Source: a virus. From it: a stretch of 64,000 nucleotides of DNA. Both the position numbers and the translations under genes were made by a program. How positions within the stretch are numbered: the stretch's first letter is position 1; each line of letters opens with the position of its first letter. The notes under the pieces are model-generated. The model did no database searches and had not been told where the DNA came from. It saw only the letters and a program-made list of their open reading frames with translations. Positions 47,337 to 56,859 of this stretch are shown piece by piece. The stretch covers positions 64,001-128,000 of the IMG/VR virus record IMGVR_UViG_3300007512_001547, one strand, 5' to 3'.

Positions 47337-48232
47337 GATTAGCAGTAATAGGTACAGGATATTGGGGAAGTAAAATTGTAGATACAATTAAAAAAATGAA
47401 TCTACAAGTATCTCTATATGATTTAAATGACAATATAGATGCAATTGTTCCTAGTTTAATTGATGGTGTAATAATTGCCACTCCTGCACAAACACATATA
47501 ACCCTTGCAAAAGTATTTTTAAGAAGAGGTATTGATTGTTTAGTTGAAAAACCTGCGTTTATGAACATGGCTGAATATAACGAGATAGCACCTTATACTG
47601 CTAATGCAAAATTAATGGCAGGACACATATTGTTATATAATGAACACTTTGATTTTTTAAAACAAACAGTTGTTGACAAAGAAATATTACACATTGAACA
47701 TCGTAGATTGGCATGGGGAAGATTACAAAAAGATATTAATCCAATATTACACTATGCACCACACGACATAGCCATTTTAGATAACTTGTTAGGTACTATG
47801 CCAGATGAGATACATAGCACAGGCATACACATTATAAAACAAACACAACCTGACTTTGTCACTTGTAATTTAAAGTATGGCAAAGTAACTGTACAATTAC
47901 AAATGGGTTGGTACTACCATAAGAAAGTTAGGGATATTTCTGTTATAACAGACAAAGGTACACTTATTTGGAATGATGCTGAGAACAAAAGCAAATGGAT
48001 TAGCCAAACAATAGAAGATGGTCGACAGATACAACATATGGATCTAGACAAAACATTTACTGAATCTACGTCTCCTATGCAGAGACAAATATCAGCATTT
48101 ATAGACTATTGCGAGAAAGACAAATTACCAGATTCAAGCATGGAACATATTAAAAAAGTTACATACATTGTAGAGTGTATGGAGAAAAGTTTAAAAACAG
48201 GAGAGGTTGTATGTCCTTCAAAAAAATATTAG
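47333..48232 (+). CDS. Gfo/Idh/MocA NAD-dependent dehydrogenase
   Basis: GTGYWG, IATP, VEKP and HDI. Confidence 0.9.
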   Translation: MRLAVIGTGYWGSKIVDTIKKMNLQVSLYDLNDNIDAIVPSLIDGVIIATPAQTHITLAKVFLRRGIDCLVEKPAFMNMAEYNEIAPYTANAKLMAGHILLYNEHFDFLKQTVVDKEILHIEHRRLAWGRLQKDINPILHYAPHDIAILDNLLGTMPDEIHSTGIHIIKQTQPDFVTCNLKYGKVTVQLQMGWYYHKKVRDISVITDKGTLIWNDAENKSKWISQTIEDGRQIQHMDLDKTFTESTSPMQRQISAFIDYCEKDKLPDSSMEHIKKVTYIVECMEKSLKTGEVVCPSKKY

Positions 48233-48852
48233 CCATAGGTGCACATCCAGACGATGTTGAACTAGGTTGCTCAGGTACATTATTAAAGTATCAAGCAGAA
48301 GGTTCTCACATTGACATTGTTATTTGTAGAGATGATAACGCACCAAAGCCAAGTACTTGGAGAGACAGAGAAAAGATGCAGACAGAATACAAAAAGTCTG
48401 AAGAACTATTTGGAATTAAATTTAATATACTTGAAAATCCTACCGATAACGATGGAAGGCCAGTTCTAGAATGGAATAGTAAGTTTGTTAAGAAAATGGA
48501 CGACATTGTTTATAATGACAACTATGATCTTATAATAACACACAGTCCAGGAGACCATCATCAGGATCATGTGAATACTTTTCACATTGTTAATTCTTCT
48601 TTACGTAGATGGAAAGGAGAGTTTTGGTTGATGGAGGGCGGACCATACAGTAATAAAAATCAACAATTTAACCCAAATGTGTTTATAGACATATCTGATT
48701 ACATAGATAAAAAAATCGAGTTAGTTAGTTGTTATGACAGTTATTTCTCTGATACATTATTACACAATATAAAAGGACTTGCGGCATACAGAGGACAGAT
48801 GACTGACTCTAAATATGCTGAAGCTTTCGAATGCAAATGGAGAACACTATGA
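48211..48852 (+). CDS. PIG-L/LmbE family deacetylase
   Basis: GAHPDDVELG, HQDH and YAEAF; start MSFKK at 48211. Confidence 0.9.
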   Translation: MSFKKILAIGAHPDDVELGCSGTLLKYQAEGSHIDIVICRDDNAPKPSTWRDREKMQTEYKKSEELFGIKFNILENPTDNDGRPVLEWNSKFVKKMDDIVYNDNYDLIITHSPGDHHQDHVNTFHIVNSSLRRWKGEFWLMEGGPYSNKNQQFNPNVFIDISDYIDKKIELVSCYDSYFSDTLLHNIKGLAAYRGQMTDSKYAEAFECKWRTL

Positions 48853-49850
48853 GAATACTAATATTAGGGGGCTATGGATTTATAGGTAGCCATATTTGTC
48901 AACAATTAAAATCAGAAGGACACACAATAGGAGTTGTAGATTGTTATCATCAATATTACACGTTTCCAGATTGGGAATACTATCCTGTGCTTAATCAAAG
49001 AAAAGAAATTACAAAAACAGATAAAGAATACATAGGACAAATAGAAAACTTTCAATTTATGGAACAAACATTTGAAGATTTTAAGCCAGACAGAATTATT
49101 CATGTTGCTACTTTTCCAAATGCAAAAATGGTTAAAAGAAATGTGTTAGATGCAACTAATAATATGATTACTGCTACTGCATACATATTAGATCTATGTG
49201 TCAAACATAAGGTACAAAAGATAGTTTATGCTTCAAGCAGTATGGTATATGGAGAGTTTAATAATCAAATACCAGACGAAGAAGTTATACCAGAACCAAA
49301 TACATTGTACGGCTCATACAAAAAACAAGGTGAAACTATGTGCAAGATATGGAACAGAGAGTATGGCTTACCTTATATTATTATGAGACCATCAGCACTT
49401 TATGGCACACGTGATACTATATGCAGAGTCATCAGCCAAATGTTAAAGAGTGTATTAACGACCGGTGATATGACTGTGCAGGGACCTGATAATAAATTAG
49501 ACTTCTCAAATGTACTGGATGTTGCCAAATACTTTTCATTAGCTACTACAAACGAAGTACTCAACGAAACATTTAATTGTACTCGTGGTAATGGTAGAAA
49601 AATTATAGACGCGGCAGAGATAATAAAATCAAAAATAGGTACTGGAAATATTATTACTAAACCACATGATTCATTCTATCCAAACAGAGATACACTAAAC
49701 AGTGATAAAGCAAAAACTATGTTTAATTTTAATCCAACAATAGATATAGAAGAAGGTATTCCAAAATATATTAATTGGTTTTTAGAACAACCTTTTTATT
49801 TTAATAATTTAAATATTAATCCAAAGTTTGCTCTGGGTACAAAGACTTAA
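48849..49850 (+). CDS. NAD-dependent nucleotide-sugar epimerase/dehydratase
   Basis: GGYGFIG, ASSSMVYG, YGSYK and RPSALYG; start MRILIL. Confidence 0.88.
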   Translation: MRILILGGYGFIGSHICQQLKSEGHTIGVVDCYHQYYTFPDWEYYPVLNQRKEITKTDKEYIGQIENFQFMEQTFEDFKPDRIIHVATFPNAKMVKRNVLDATNNMITATAYILDLCVKHKVQKIVYASSSMVYGEFNNQIPDEEVIPEPNTLYGSYKKQGETMCKIWNREYGLPYIIMRPSALYGTRDTICRVISQMLKSVLTTGDMTVQGPDNKLDFSNVLDVAKYFSLATTNEVLNETFNCTRGNGRKIIDAAEIIKSKIGTGNIITKPHDSFYPNRDTLNSDKAKTMFNFNPTIDIEEGIPKYINWFLEQPFYFNNLNINPKFALGTKT

Positions 49851-51147
49851 ACTGCTCTTTAATCCATTCATAATCATAAGAATACATTAATTTATTGTAA
49901 TCATTTTTGTAGTTGTTGTAATGCTTCTGACCATCAACTGCACCTTGATATATCCATTTAGCATTCTCACCATTACCCAACGTACTCCATTTTTTAAGTC
50001 TGTATTTAGATTCCACTGTTGGTTTCATTTGTAATAATTTTATAACTTCCCTAAATGATGACCTATAAGCTAACAATGGTGTTTCGTTACAGTTACTAAT
50101 TGCAGACAATATAGGTACTGAATGATGTGCTTGTGACAATGTAAAATCTAAACCTGGCTTTGTTGTTTTCATTACTAGATCTTTATTGTAAAGTATAACG
50201 CCTCCCCAACCATATGTTAGATCTATCACAGAATTATAACAATCAAATATGTAATGACAAGGGTTCCTTAACCTCTCTGGTTGAAAATCGAATTTAAAAC
50301 TATCTACTATTTCGCTCTTTGGGAACACAGCAAAGAAATATTCTGTTTTACTCATCTGTGCCGCGGCCATGTAAGCAAGTGTCTGTCCTTGTACACCTTT
50401 GCTCCATTTAGCTCTAGGAAATTTTTCTTTTAATTTATTATATCGTTTTTCAGCACTAGGTTCGTCATACGATATAAAAACTATGTCCATTGGATTTATA
50501 TTATAGTCTAAGTCATAATGTACACTTCTTTCTACATCATAAAATTGTTTTAAATTATCTTGCTTTGGTACCAACATAATATCTTTTGTGTTACCCCAAG
50601 AATACAGTTTAACGTCTTCCCAGAAGCTAGGGTAAAAATTTGGCACTTTGTCAGGATCCAATTCTTTATTATACAGCCATGTATAGTATTCTTCACTGTT
50701 ATTGTATGCGGTAATTGGATCACTTAATTTAAATGCAATTTTTGGTATTATGTTTTGAAAAAGATTAGCATGAGCATGATAATTAATGTCTTGAAAATCT
50801 CGCAAATATTGTATGTTGTACATCTGTTCTTTAAATTCTTTTGTAGGTATCAACATAATATTACCTTCTTTATTTGTTCCACCGTTAGGGTGCGTGTTGT
50901 ACCATACGTGTATTTGATTTTTTTCGTGTTGTTCTGGAATGTAATCTATATCTATAGTTTTCATATTAATGAAACTAGAAAAAAACCAGAAGTACTCTGT
51001 CTTAATCTCCCCTACTACACTCTTAAGTATTTCAAAATAACTCTTAACAAAAGGTACTACCCTAGTGTTAGCAAAAGGACTTGGAAAAAATCCTGTATCT
51101 TTAAATCTGACCTGTACACTATCAAACGCCATAAAAGTCTCCACCAT
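49816..51147 (-). CDS. two-domain GT-A glycosyltransferase-like protein
   Basis: The C-half DIVFISYDEP..GVQG..GWGGVILY is paralogous to 60825-61724; the N-half looks like a diverged copy. Confidence 0.6.
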   Translation of the reverse strand: MVETFMAFDSVQVRFKDTGFFPSPFANTRVVPFVKSYFEILKSVVGEIKTEYFWFFSSFINMKTIDIDYIPEQHEKNQIHVWYNTHPNGGTNKEGNIMLIPTKEFKEQMYNIQYLRDFQDINYHAHANLFQNIIPKIAFKLSDPITAYNNSEEYYTWLYNKELDPDKVPNFYPSFWEDVKLYSWGNTKDIMLVPKQDNLKQFYDVERSVHYDLDYNINPMDIVFISYDEPSAEKRYNKLKEKFPRAKWSKGVQGQTLAYMAAAQMSKTEYFFAVFPKSEIVDSFKFDFQPERLRNPCHYIFDCYNSVIDLTYGWGGVILYNKDLVMKTTKPGLDFTLSQAHHSVPILSAISNCNETPLLAYRSSFREVIKLLQMKPTVESKYRLKKWSTLGNGENAKWIYQGAVDGQKHYNNYKNDYNKLMYSYDYEWIKEQFKSLYPEQTLD

Positions 51148-51156
51148 TAAGTTTTA

Positions 51157-52620
51157 TCATAGTACTTTTACTCCATATTTGGCTGTCCAGTCTTTACCAT
51201 CTTTGGTGTCATTTACCATTGGCATACCCTTAATGTTCAAACTGGTGTTTAACAATATTGGACAACCTGTTTTCTTTTTCCATGCTTTAAGTAACTCATA
51301 AAACCCTTCGTTATCGCTTTTAGCGACGGTTTGCACCCTAGATGTATTATCATAGTGTATTATGGCAGGACAGTCTTTACCATGCGTGTACGTTGCTGTA
51401 TATTGCATATAAGGGGTGTTTAAAACACCTTTAGGTAGCTTAAAATACTCGTTTACATCCTCTTCTAAAATGGCAGGAGCAAACGGTCTAAACTTTTGTC
51501 TTCTTTTAATTTGATTTACCATATCCTTAATTTCCAATCCTCTTGGGTCAGCTAAAAGAGATCTATTACCAAGAGCTCTTGGTCCAAACTCTGCTCTACC
51601 ATTTGCAACTCCTACCATTTTATTTTCTGTTAATTCTTTTATAATTTTATCTACTGGATATTCTCCTTCTATGTTATATCCTAAAAATGGACTCTTCCAA
51701 TCTAAGTGTCTTTGTTCCGATGCCGCGATACATCCTAACGAACTTCCTGCATCTCCTGGATTAGGTATAATCCAAATGTTATCAAACAATCCCATATTTG
51801 CTAATGCAGTGTTTGCCGCACAATTAAGAGCAACTCCGCCTGCATAAACTAAATTTCTGCTACCATACTTAGATGCTCTATGCCATAAATCTGCAAGACA
51901 TTCTTCAAGAACTGATTGTATACTTGCGGCTATATCCATAACATCTGCTTCTGGATGCCAATCACTTAACCCTCTATGTAAATTCTTTTTTAATTTAAAA
52001 GGTGATTGTATCACAAAGTCTTCATAGATATCATCTTTATATCTTGGTTTTCCATAAGCCGCCATTCCCATTAAAATATATTCTTCTTCTGCAGGTTTTA
52101 ATCCACAACGTTGTGTAAATGCAGAATATAATATGCCCAAACTATGTGGATACTTTATAGTTTCTTTTCGTTCTATCCAAACTTTGTTAGCAGTAGATAT
52201 TGATACTGTATCCCATTCACCTATTGCATCCACTGTTAAAATAGTTGCTTCTCGAAATGGTGAAGTAAAATATCCTGCCGCGGCATGACTATCATGATGT
52301 TTTACATATTCATCTATTTTAATTTTAAAATTATCTAAATGCCATTGTGGCATTTCTGTATAACTTAAAGCATCACTGTATTGTCCTGCATAAAATTGTC
52401 GTGTTTTCTTTAATAAAGGTTTTTCGTAATAAACAACTTTGTCAAAAGGACCATATGTCATTGCTTCATTTACTATTCGCCAATTTAAATAAAAATCATT
52501 TTTAACTTTTGAATAACGTTCTGCATGAGCGGCCCATAGCACTTCGCCTATACCACTGCTGTAATCAACAACTGCCATTGCGGCATCGTGATTCATACAG
52601 TTTATACCTAATATTCTCAT
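51157..52620 (-). CDS. NodU/CmcH/TobZ-type O-carbamoyltransferase
   Basis: HDAAMA, HHDSHAAAG, VDAIGE, GGVALNC, EFGPRALGNRS, RPFAP and NTSLN. Confidence 0.93.
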   Translation of the reverse strand: MRILGINCMNHDAAMAVVDYSSGIGEVLWAAHAERYSKVKNDFYLNWRIVNEAMTYGPFDKVVYYEKPLLKKTRQFYAGQYSDALSYTEMPQWHLDNFKIKIDEYVKHHDSHAAAGYFTSPFREATILTVDAIGEWDTVSISTANKVWIERKETIKYPHSLGILYSAFTQRCGLKPAEEEYILMGMAAYGKPRYKDDIYEDFVIQSPFKLKKNLHRGLSDWHPEADVMDIAASIQSVLEECLADLWHRASKYGSRNLVYAGGVALNCAANTALANMGLFDNIWIIPNPGDAGSSLGCIAASEQRHLDWKSPFLGYNIEGEYPVDKIIKELTENKMVGVANGRAEFGPRALGNRSLLADPRGLEIKDMVNQIKRRQKFRPFAPAILEEDVNEYFKLPKGVLNTPYMQYTATYTHGKDCPAIIHYDNTSRVQTVAKSDNEGFYELLKAWKKKTGCPILLNTSLNIKGMPMVNDTKDGKDWTAKYGVKVL

Positions 52621-53171
52621 CTTTTTAATTTAAACCATTTTTTTGCTTGTTTTAAATAATTTTTCCACCATTTATTTTCAATTGTATATTCAAAATTTTG
52701 TGAGGTTTTGTTTACTTGTAATTCTTTAGCACCATTCCTTAAATGAAATTCTCGTGCCATATCTGTTAATGGTGATAATGTAACTAATCGATTTAAATGA
52801 TTTGATTTTTTAATCATTTTAAAAACTTCTTGTATTATTCTTTTTCCACCACCTTTTTTCTTTGACCAAACTGTATAAGCAATAGCAATATTGCCTTGTA
52901 TTCCTGCTCTATGAGTTGCCTGTATAAAAGCATCTTTACTCATTAAATCTAATTCTTCTATCGTCTTTGGTATTTCGTGTGTAAAGGCAAAGCACATAAC
53001 CGCAACAATATCTTTGCCAAGTTTTAAACCATATATTTTTCTACCCCAATCTTTTCTAAACTTATTATCCAATTCAGGCCTCACAGGATCTTCTTTGAAA
53101 TGACAATATTTCATTTCAACTAACTCCACTTTTTTAAGCCAATCAAATGTTAACTTTTTAATTTTTTTCAT
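52617..53171 (-). CDS. GNAT-like acetyltransferase-fold protein
   Basis: YTVWS..KGGGKRII and AREFHLRNG resemble GNAT motifs A and B. Confidence 0.45.
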   Translation of the reverse strand: MKKIKKLTFDWLKKVELVEMKYCHFKEDPVRPELDNKFRKDWGRKIYGLKLGKDIVAVMCFAFTHEIPKTIEELDLMSKDAFIQATHRAGIQGNIAIAYTVWSKKKGGGKRIIQEVFKMIKKSNHLNRLVTLSPLTDMAREFHLRNGAKELQVNKTSQNFEYTIENKWWKNYLKQAKKWFKLKR

Positions 53172-53455
53172 TTGTTTACTTTTATTTCTTCACTCTCTCC
53201 ATAATACGGAGATGCAAGAGAGTGTGGTTTTATTATAAATCCTCTTATATTATACATTTTAATTTGTGCTAATAAATTTCCTGCTTCTGCTAAAGCAAAC
53301 CAAAATGCATTTTTTTCATAGAGATAAATCCAACTAAACTTCCTAGGATATTTCTTACCGTTAATATAAACTTTCCAACCATTAACAATATTATAATTTC
53401 CCCATTTATGTTTAATATTAAACCTTCGACTAAATTTTTTACATTTAATTTCCAT
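53168..53455 (-). CDS. hypothetical protein
   Basis: Coupled ORF. Confidence 0.5.
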   Translation of the reverse strand: MEIKCKKFSRRFNIKHKWGNYNIVNGWKVYINGKKYPRKFSWIYLYEKNAFWFALAEAGNLLAQIKMYNIRGFIIKPHSLASPYYGESEEIKVNK

Positions 53456-53462
53456 TTAAATC

Positions 53463-53567
53463 TTATTTGTATATAAACGGGTCTTTTTTCTTTAGTTCTT
53501 TTAATCTTTTACGATAAGCAAGTTCTTGCTTAATCTTATTGATTATTTTTTTAATCCATCCGAACAT
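53463..53567 (-). CDS. 34-aa basic peptide; not in supplied ORF track
   Basis: AGGAGG SD; MFGWIKKIINKIKQELAYRKRLKELKKKDPFIYK. Confidence 0.7.
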   Translation of the reverse strand: MFGWIKKIINKIKQELAYRKRLKELKKKDPFIYK

Positions 53568-54372
53568 TTTTTCCTCCTATTATTTCATTAAACTTAGGTT
53601 GCATTAATTTTACAGCATCTCTGTGTGCTTTGTCTAGCGGGTGTGTTGTACCACGTTCATATTCATTCAATAATGCCCATTGATTAAATCCCATACAACG
53701 ATCACCAAAGAAAAACCATCTGGTTAAATCTATTTCTTTATGTAATGCTAACATAAATGGATCTTGATCTTTGTGGTTATCAAAGTCTCTGTAAAACAAA
53801 CTATTATCAGCAAGTGTAAACATATATGGAATTTTCTTTTTTTCTAAAATATTCTGTAACCAAATAATAGATTTCCAGCTCAAATATGTTTCATGATATT
53901 CATTAGCGGCGTGTTTATAAATTGCTTCAGCAAATGGTTTAACTCCTGTATTAATTAATAACTCTTCTCTTCTTTTCCATTGTTCTTGTTGTGCTTCGGA
54001 TCCTACTAACGCAGTATGTCGCTCTTCACTTGCTATTTTAGTGTCCCAGGGAGATATTGTTGCCCAACGAGTTTTTTCTAAATTTCTATGTCGTGGCATC
54101 GCCCAATCATAACGAGATAAAAAACTCCACATTACAACAACACAACCAATATCTGTTGTATTTGCTACTGCATTAAAAACTCTTCTTGCAATTCCTGGAT
54201 TTCCTGTACCAGGTCTTGCTGTACAAATATAATTGTCTGGTTGACAATAATTTTCTTCTTGACTTAAAACATATGCCCAACTTTGCTTAGATGGTGTTTT
54301 ACCTTCATTATCATCAGACAATTCGTGTCCAAATGTAAAACTACAACCTCCTGCTATAAATTTTTTATTCAT
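53551..54372 (-). CDS. SGNH/GDSL hydrolase-like protein
   Basis: GGCSFTFG block I, GTGN and a C-terminal THP. Confidence 0.6.
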   Translation of the reverse strand: MNKKFIAGGCSFTFGHELSDDNEGKTPSKQSWAYVLSQEENYCQPDNYICTARPGTGNPGIARRVFNAVANTTDIGCVVVMWSFLSRYDWAMPRHRNLEKTRWATISPWDTKIASEERHTALVGSEAQQEQWKRREELLINTGVKPFAEAIYKHAANEYHETYLSWKSIIWLQNILEKKKIPYMFTLADNSLFYRDFDNHKDQDPFMLALHKEIDLTRWFFFGDRCMGFNQWALLNEYERGTTHPLDKAHRDAVKLMQPKFNEIIGGKNVRMD

Positions 54373-55531
54373 ATATTTGTAATACCTTATTTAAAAGTGG
54401 AAAAACATCTCCAAAATCTTCTTTTCTATACTTGTCTGTTTGTAATATCCTTGCTTTTCTTTGCTCTCTAATTTCTTCTGAATCTCTATGTGCTGAATTC
54501 ATAAATCTTAATGTGGGTTGAAAATCTGTAAGCATTGAGTATCTACTATTAACAATATTTTTAACCTGTTTAGGTAATGTTTGTATGTTAAAATAATCTG
54601 GATCAAAACAGGTATTAACATAAAAGAATTTAGGTTGATATTGTGCTACCCATAATGAAATTTTTGCTAAACTAAAAATATTAAAAATACTAATTGTTGT
54701 ACAAATTTGAAACTCCATATTATGAGTTTGATATGTTTTAAACTCTACAAGATTATGATTAACTTCTCTCCAGTTAGCAGGGTGTCTTTGATATTGAAAC
54801 TGCTCTCCTACATCATCAATACTAAATGCTATTTCAACTCTTTTAAAATATCTCCACAGGTCAAATATTTCTCTAGGCGGCAATTGTGTTCCATTTGTGT
54901 TGTAGTGTATATCTATATTTTTTGCATAACCTTTTTCAACACAATGCATTAATATTTTAAAATGATCTCGTATCATAAAAGGTTCACCACCTGTAAACTC
55001 AAAATATTCTGCATCTGCTAAACATTCTTGTATGTCATCAAAAAATGTAGGATGTTTTTTTGGCCAACCACCTTCTTTTAGATTTTTTCTTGCGACTGGA
55101 TTTTCTCCATAATCTAATTCTTCCTGTGCCCACTTGCTGGAACTCCAACTGCCACATATTCTACATTTTAAATTACATACGTTGCCCAACTTAAAATCTA
55201 TAAACTTTAGTGTTGGCTCGCTATTAGGGGTCCAGTCTTTTAAACTGTTACGCATTTTATAAATTGAATTCATACGTTTTGATGTTTTTCCAACACTTTC
55301 TTCTTGCCAACAACTTTCACAACTTAAAGGACGTTCTCCATTTTTAAATTTTTGTCTTAATTTTTTCATATATTCAGAACTTTGTATTGTTTTTAAATCA
55401 GTTTCATATACTTTAACATTGGGTATATTTCCTTTATATAAACAACAAGGCGAAGCACCTCCATTTACATCTACTTCTAAATGTGTCCACGGTAATGGAC
55501 ATATATTTGATTTTATATACTTTTCCACCAT
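54365..55531 (-). CDS. Twitch/SPASM radical SAM protein (paralog 7)
   Basis: ICPLPW..PCC..CESCW, CNLKCRIC and TGGEP. Confidence 0.9.
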   Translation of the reverse strand: MVEKYIKSNICPLPWTHLEVDVNGGASPCCLYKGNIPNVKVYETDLKTIQSSEYMKKLRQKFKNGERPLSCESCWQEESVGKTSKRMNSIYKMRNSLKDWTPNSEPTLKFIDFKLGNVCNLKCRICGSWSSSKWAQEELDYGENPVARKNLKEGGWPKKHPTFFDDIQECLADAEYFEFTGGEPFMIRDHFKILMHCVEKGYAKNIDIHYNTNGTQLPPREIFDLWRYFKRVEIAFSIDDVGEQFQYQRHPANWREVNHNLVEFKTYQTHNMEFQICTTISIFNIFSLAKISLWVAQYQPKFFYVNTCFDPDYFNIQTLPKQVKNIVNSRYSMLTDFQPTLRFMNSAHRDSEEIREQRKARILQTDKYRKEDFGDVFPLLNKVLQIYE

Positions 55532-56859
55532 TCCAATACCTCTGGTTCTTTTATTAATATTTTTGTAATATCTGTTCCACGAATTTTATCTAAACGCTCG
55601 CATTCTTCTTTTCCTGATTTCCAACCTTTCATACAAGTTTCTTTATCATAACGTTGTTCATTAGTAGGATGATTTTTCAAATCGTCCAATCCTTCTAAAA
55701 ATGCCATGTTAAACACTGTAGGTTTTTCGTTTTTAACTTTGTCTTTAACTTTGTCTACCATTTTGTGTAATAATTTTTGAGGCATAAACAAAGGACTCAT
55801 GAATACATCAGGACTAAAAGTAAATACTTTTTTACATAATAACGGTATTTTCAAATCTTTTTGTAATTCATACATATTTTCTAAGTCAAATAATCCAGGA
55901 AGTGTTACAGTAAGATCTAATTGTAATTGTCTTGGATGCCTTACGAATTTTTTTGCATATTGCATATTAGAATACCATTCGTTATATTTTAAACCTGTTC
56001 TAATATATTCACCAATTTCGCCAGTTCCGTCTATTGATGCATTTATTTGCCAATCTTGAAATTTTGAAAGAATATCATCAAATAAATTTAATTTAAAAAA
56101 TTTAATTCTACTCATATTAGAATTATACCTAACATAAACTTGATTTGCATATCCTAATTCTACTACACGTTGCATGGCAATCCAGTGTATTTTCCACATT
56201 AACGGTTCTCCACCGCACCAATAAAACTCTCTAATAGTTTTCTCTTCAATTGCTTTTGTAAATTCTTTAACCATTGTTTGATCATGGAACTTTTGCAATA
56301 TTGCTTGTACATCTTTCCTACCCCAAATTCTATATTTTGTGTATAGTTCAGGTTTGCGATGTTTTTTATTTTCCGCCTCCCAACTACTACTCAACATATC
56401 ACCACACATTCTACAACTAAAATTACAAAGATTAGAAAATCTATAATCCCAACTAACAACTTTCATTGTTGTTACACCGGTGTCATCTGTTGACTCAAAT
56501 GCTTTATCTATATCGTTTCCGTAAAATCTGTTGAAGTGCTGTCTATACACCTGTGCATTAAGCAGTTTATGATTACAAGTAGCACATTGTGGTATTTCTT
56601 CTCCGGCCATTAATTTAAGCCTAACTGATTTCATATATTCAGAATTCCAATGCTCATCTAAACTTTTTAAATTAATTTTACCTGAACTTATATTACTCTT
56701 ATAATCTTTTGGTAGTGTGTCAATATATTGTTTAAAATTATTGGAATCTTCACGACTTGCACAACACAATCGCCTTTCCATTTGAGGTGACATATAAGTA
56801 TGCACCCATGGCGCCATACAGAATGTTTTATTACCTTCGTTTGGTTTAATTTTTTTCAT
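55513..56859 (-). CDS. Twitch/SPASM radical SAM protein (paralog 8)
   Basis: Start moved to MKKIKPNEG (56859); FCMAPW..LCC..CATC, CNFSCRMC and CGGEP. Confidence 0.9.
   Translation of the reverse strand: MKKIKPNEGNKTFCMAPWVHTYMSPQMERRLCCASREDSNNFKQYIDTLPKDYKSNISSGKINLKSLDEHWNSEYMKSVRLKLMAGEEIPQCATCNHKLLNAQVYRQHFNRFYGNDIDKAFESTDDTGVTTMKVVSWDYRFSNLCNFSCRMCGDMLSSSWEAENKKHRKPELYTKYRIWGRKDVQAILQKFHDQTMVKEFTKAIEEKTIREFYWCGGEPLMWKIHWIAMQRVVELGYANQVYVRYNSNMSRIKFFKLNLFDDILSKFQDWQINASIDGTGEIGEYIRTGLKYNEWYSNMQYAKKFVRHPRQLQLDLTVTLPGLFDLENMYELQKDLKIPLLCKKVFTFSPDVFMSPLFMPQKLLHKMVDKVKDKVKNEKPTVFNMAFLEGLDDLKNHPTNEQRYDKETCMKGWKSGKEECERLDKIRGTDITKILIKEPEVLEWWKSI

Noticed and set aside
2806-47568. Numerous minus-strand ORFs of 60-150 aa under the + operons (for example 2806-3138, 3481-3921, 6266-6721, 16073-16504, 25196-25561)
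   Set aside because: They are antisense shadows of motif-bearing + genes, with no SD or promoter support and no recognisable domains.
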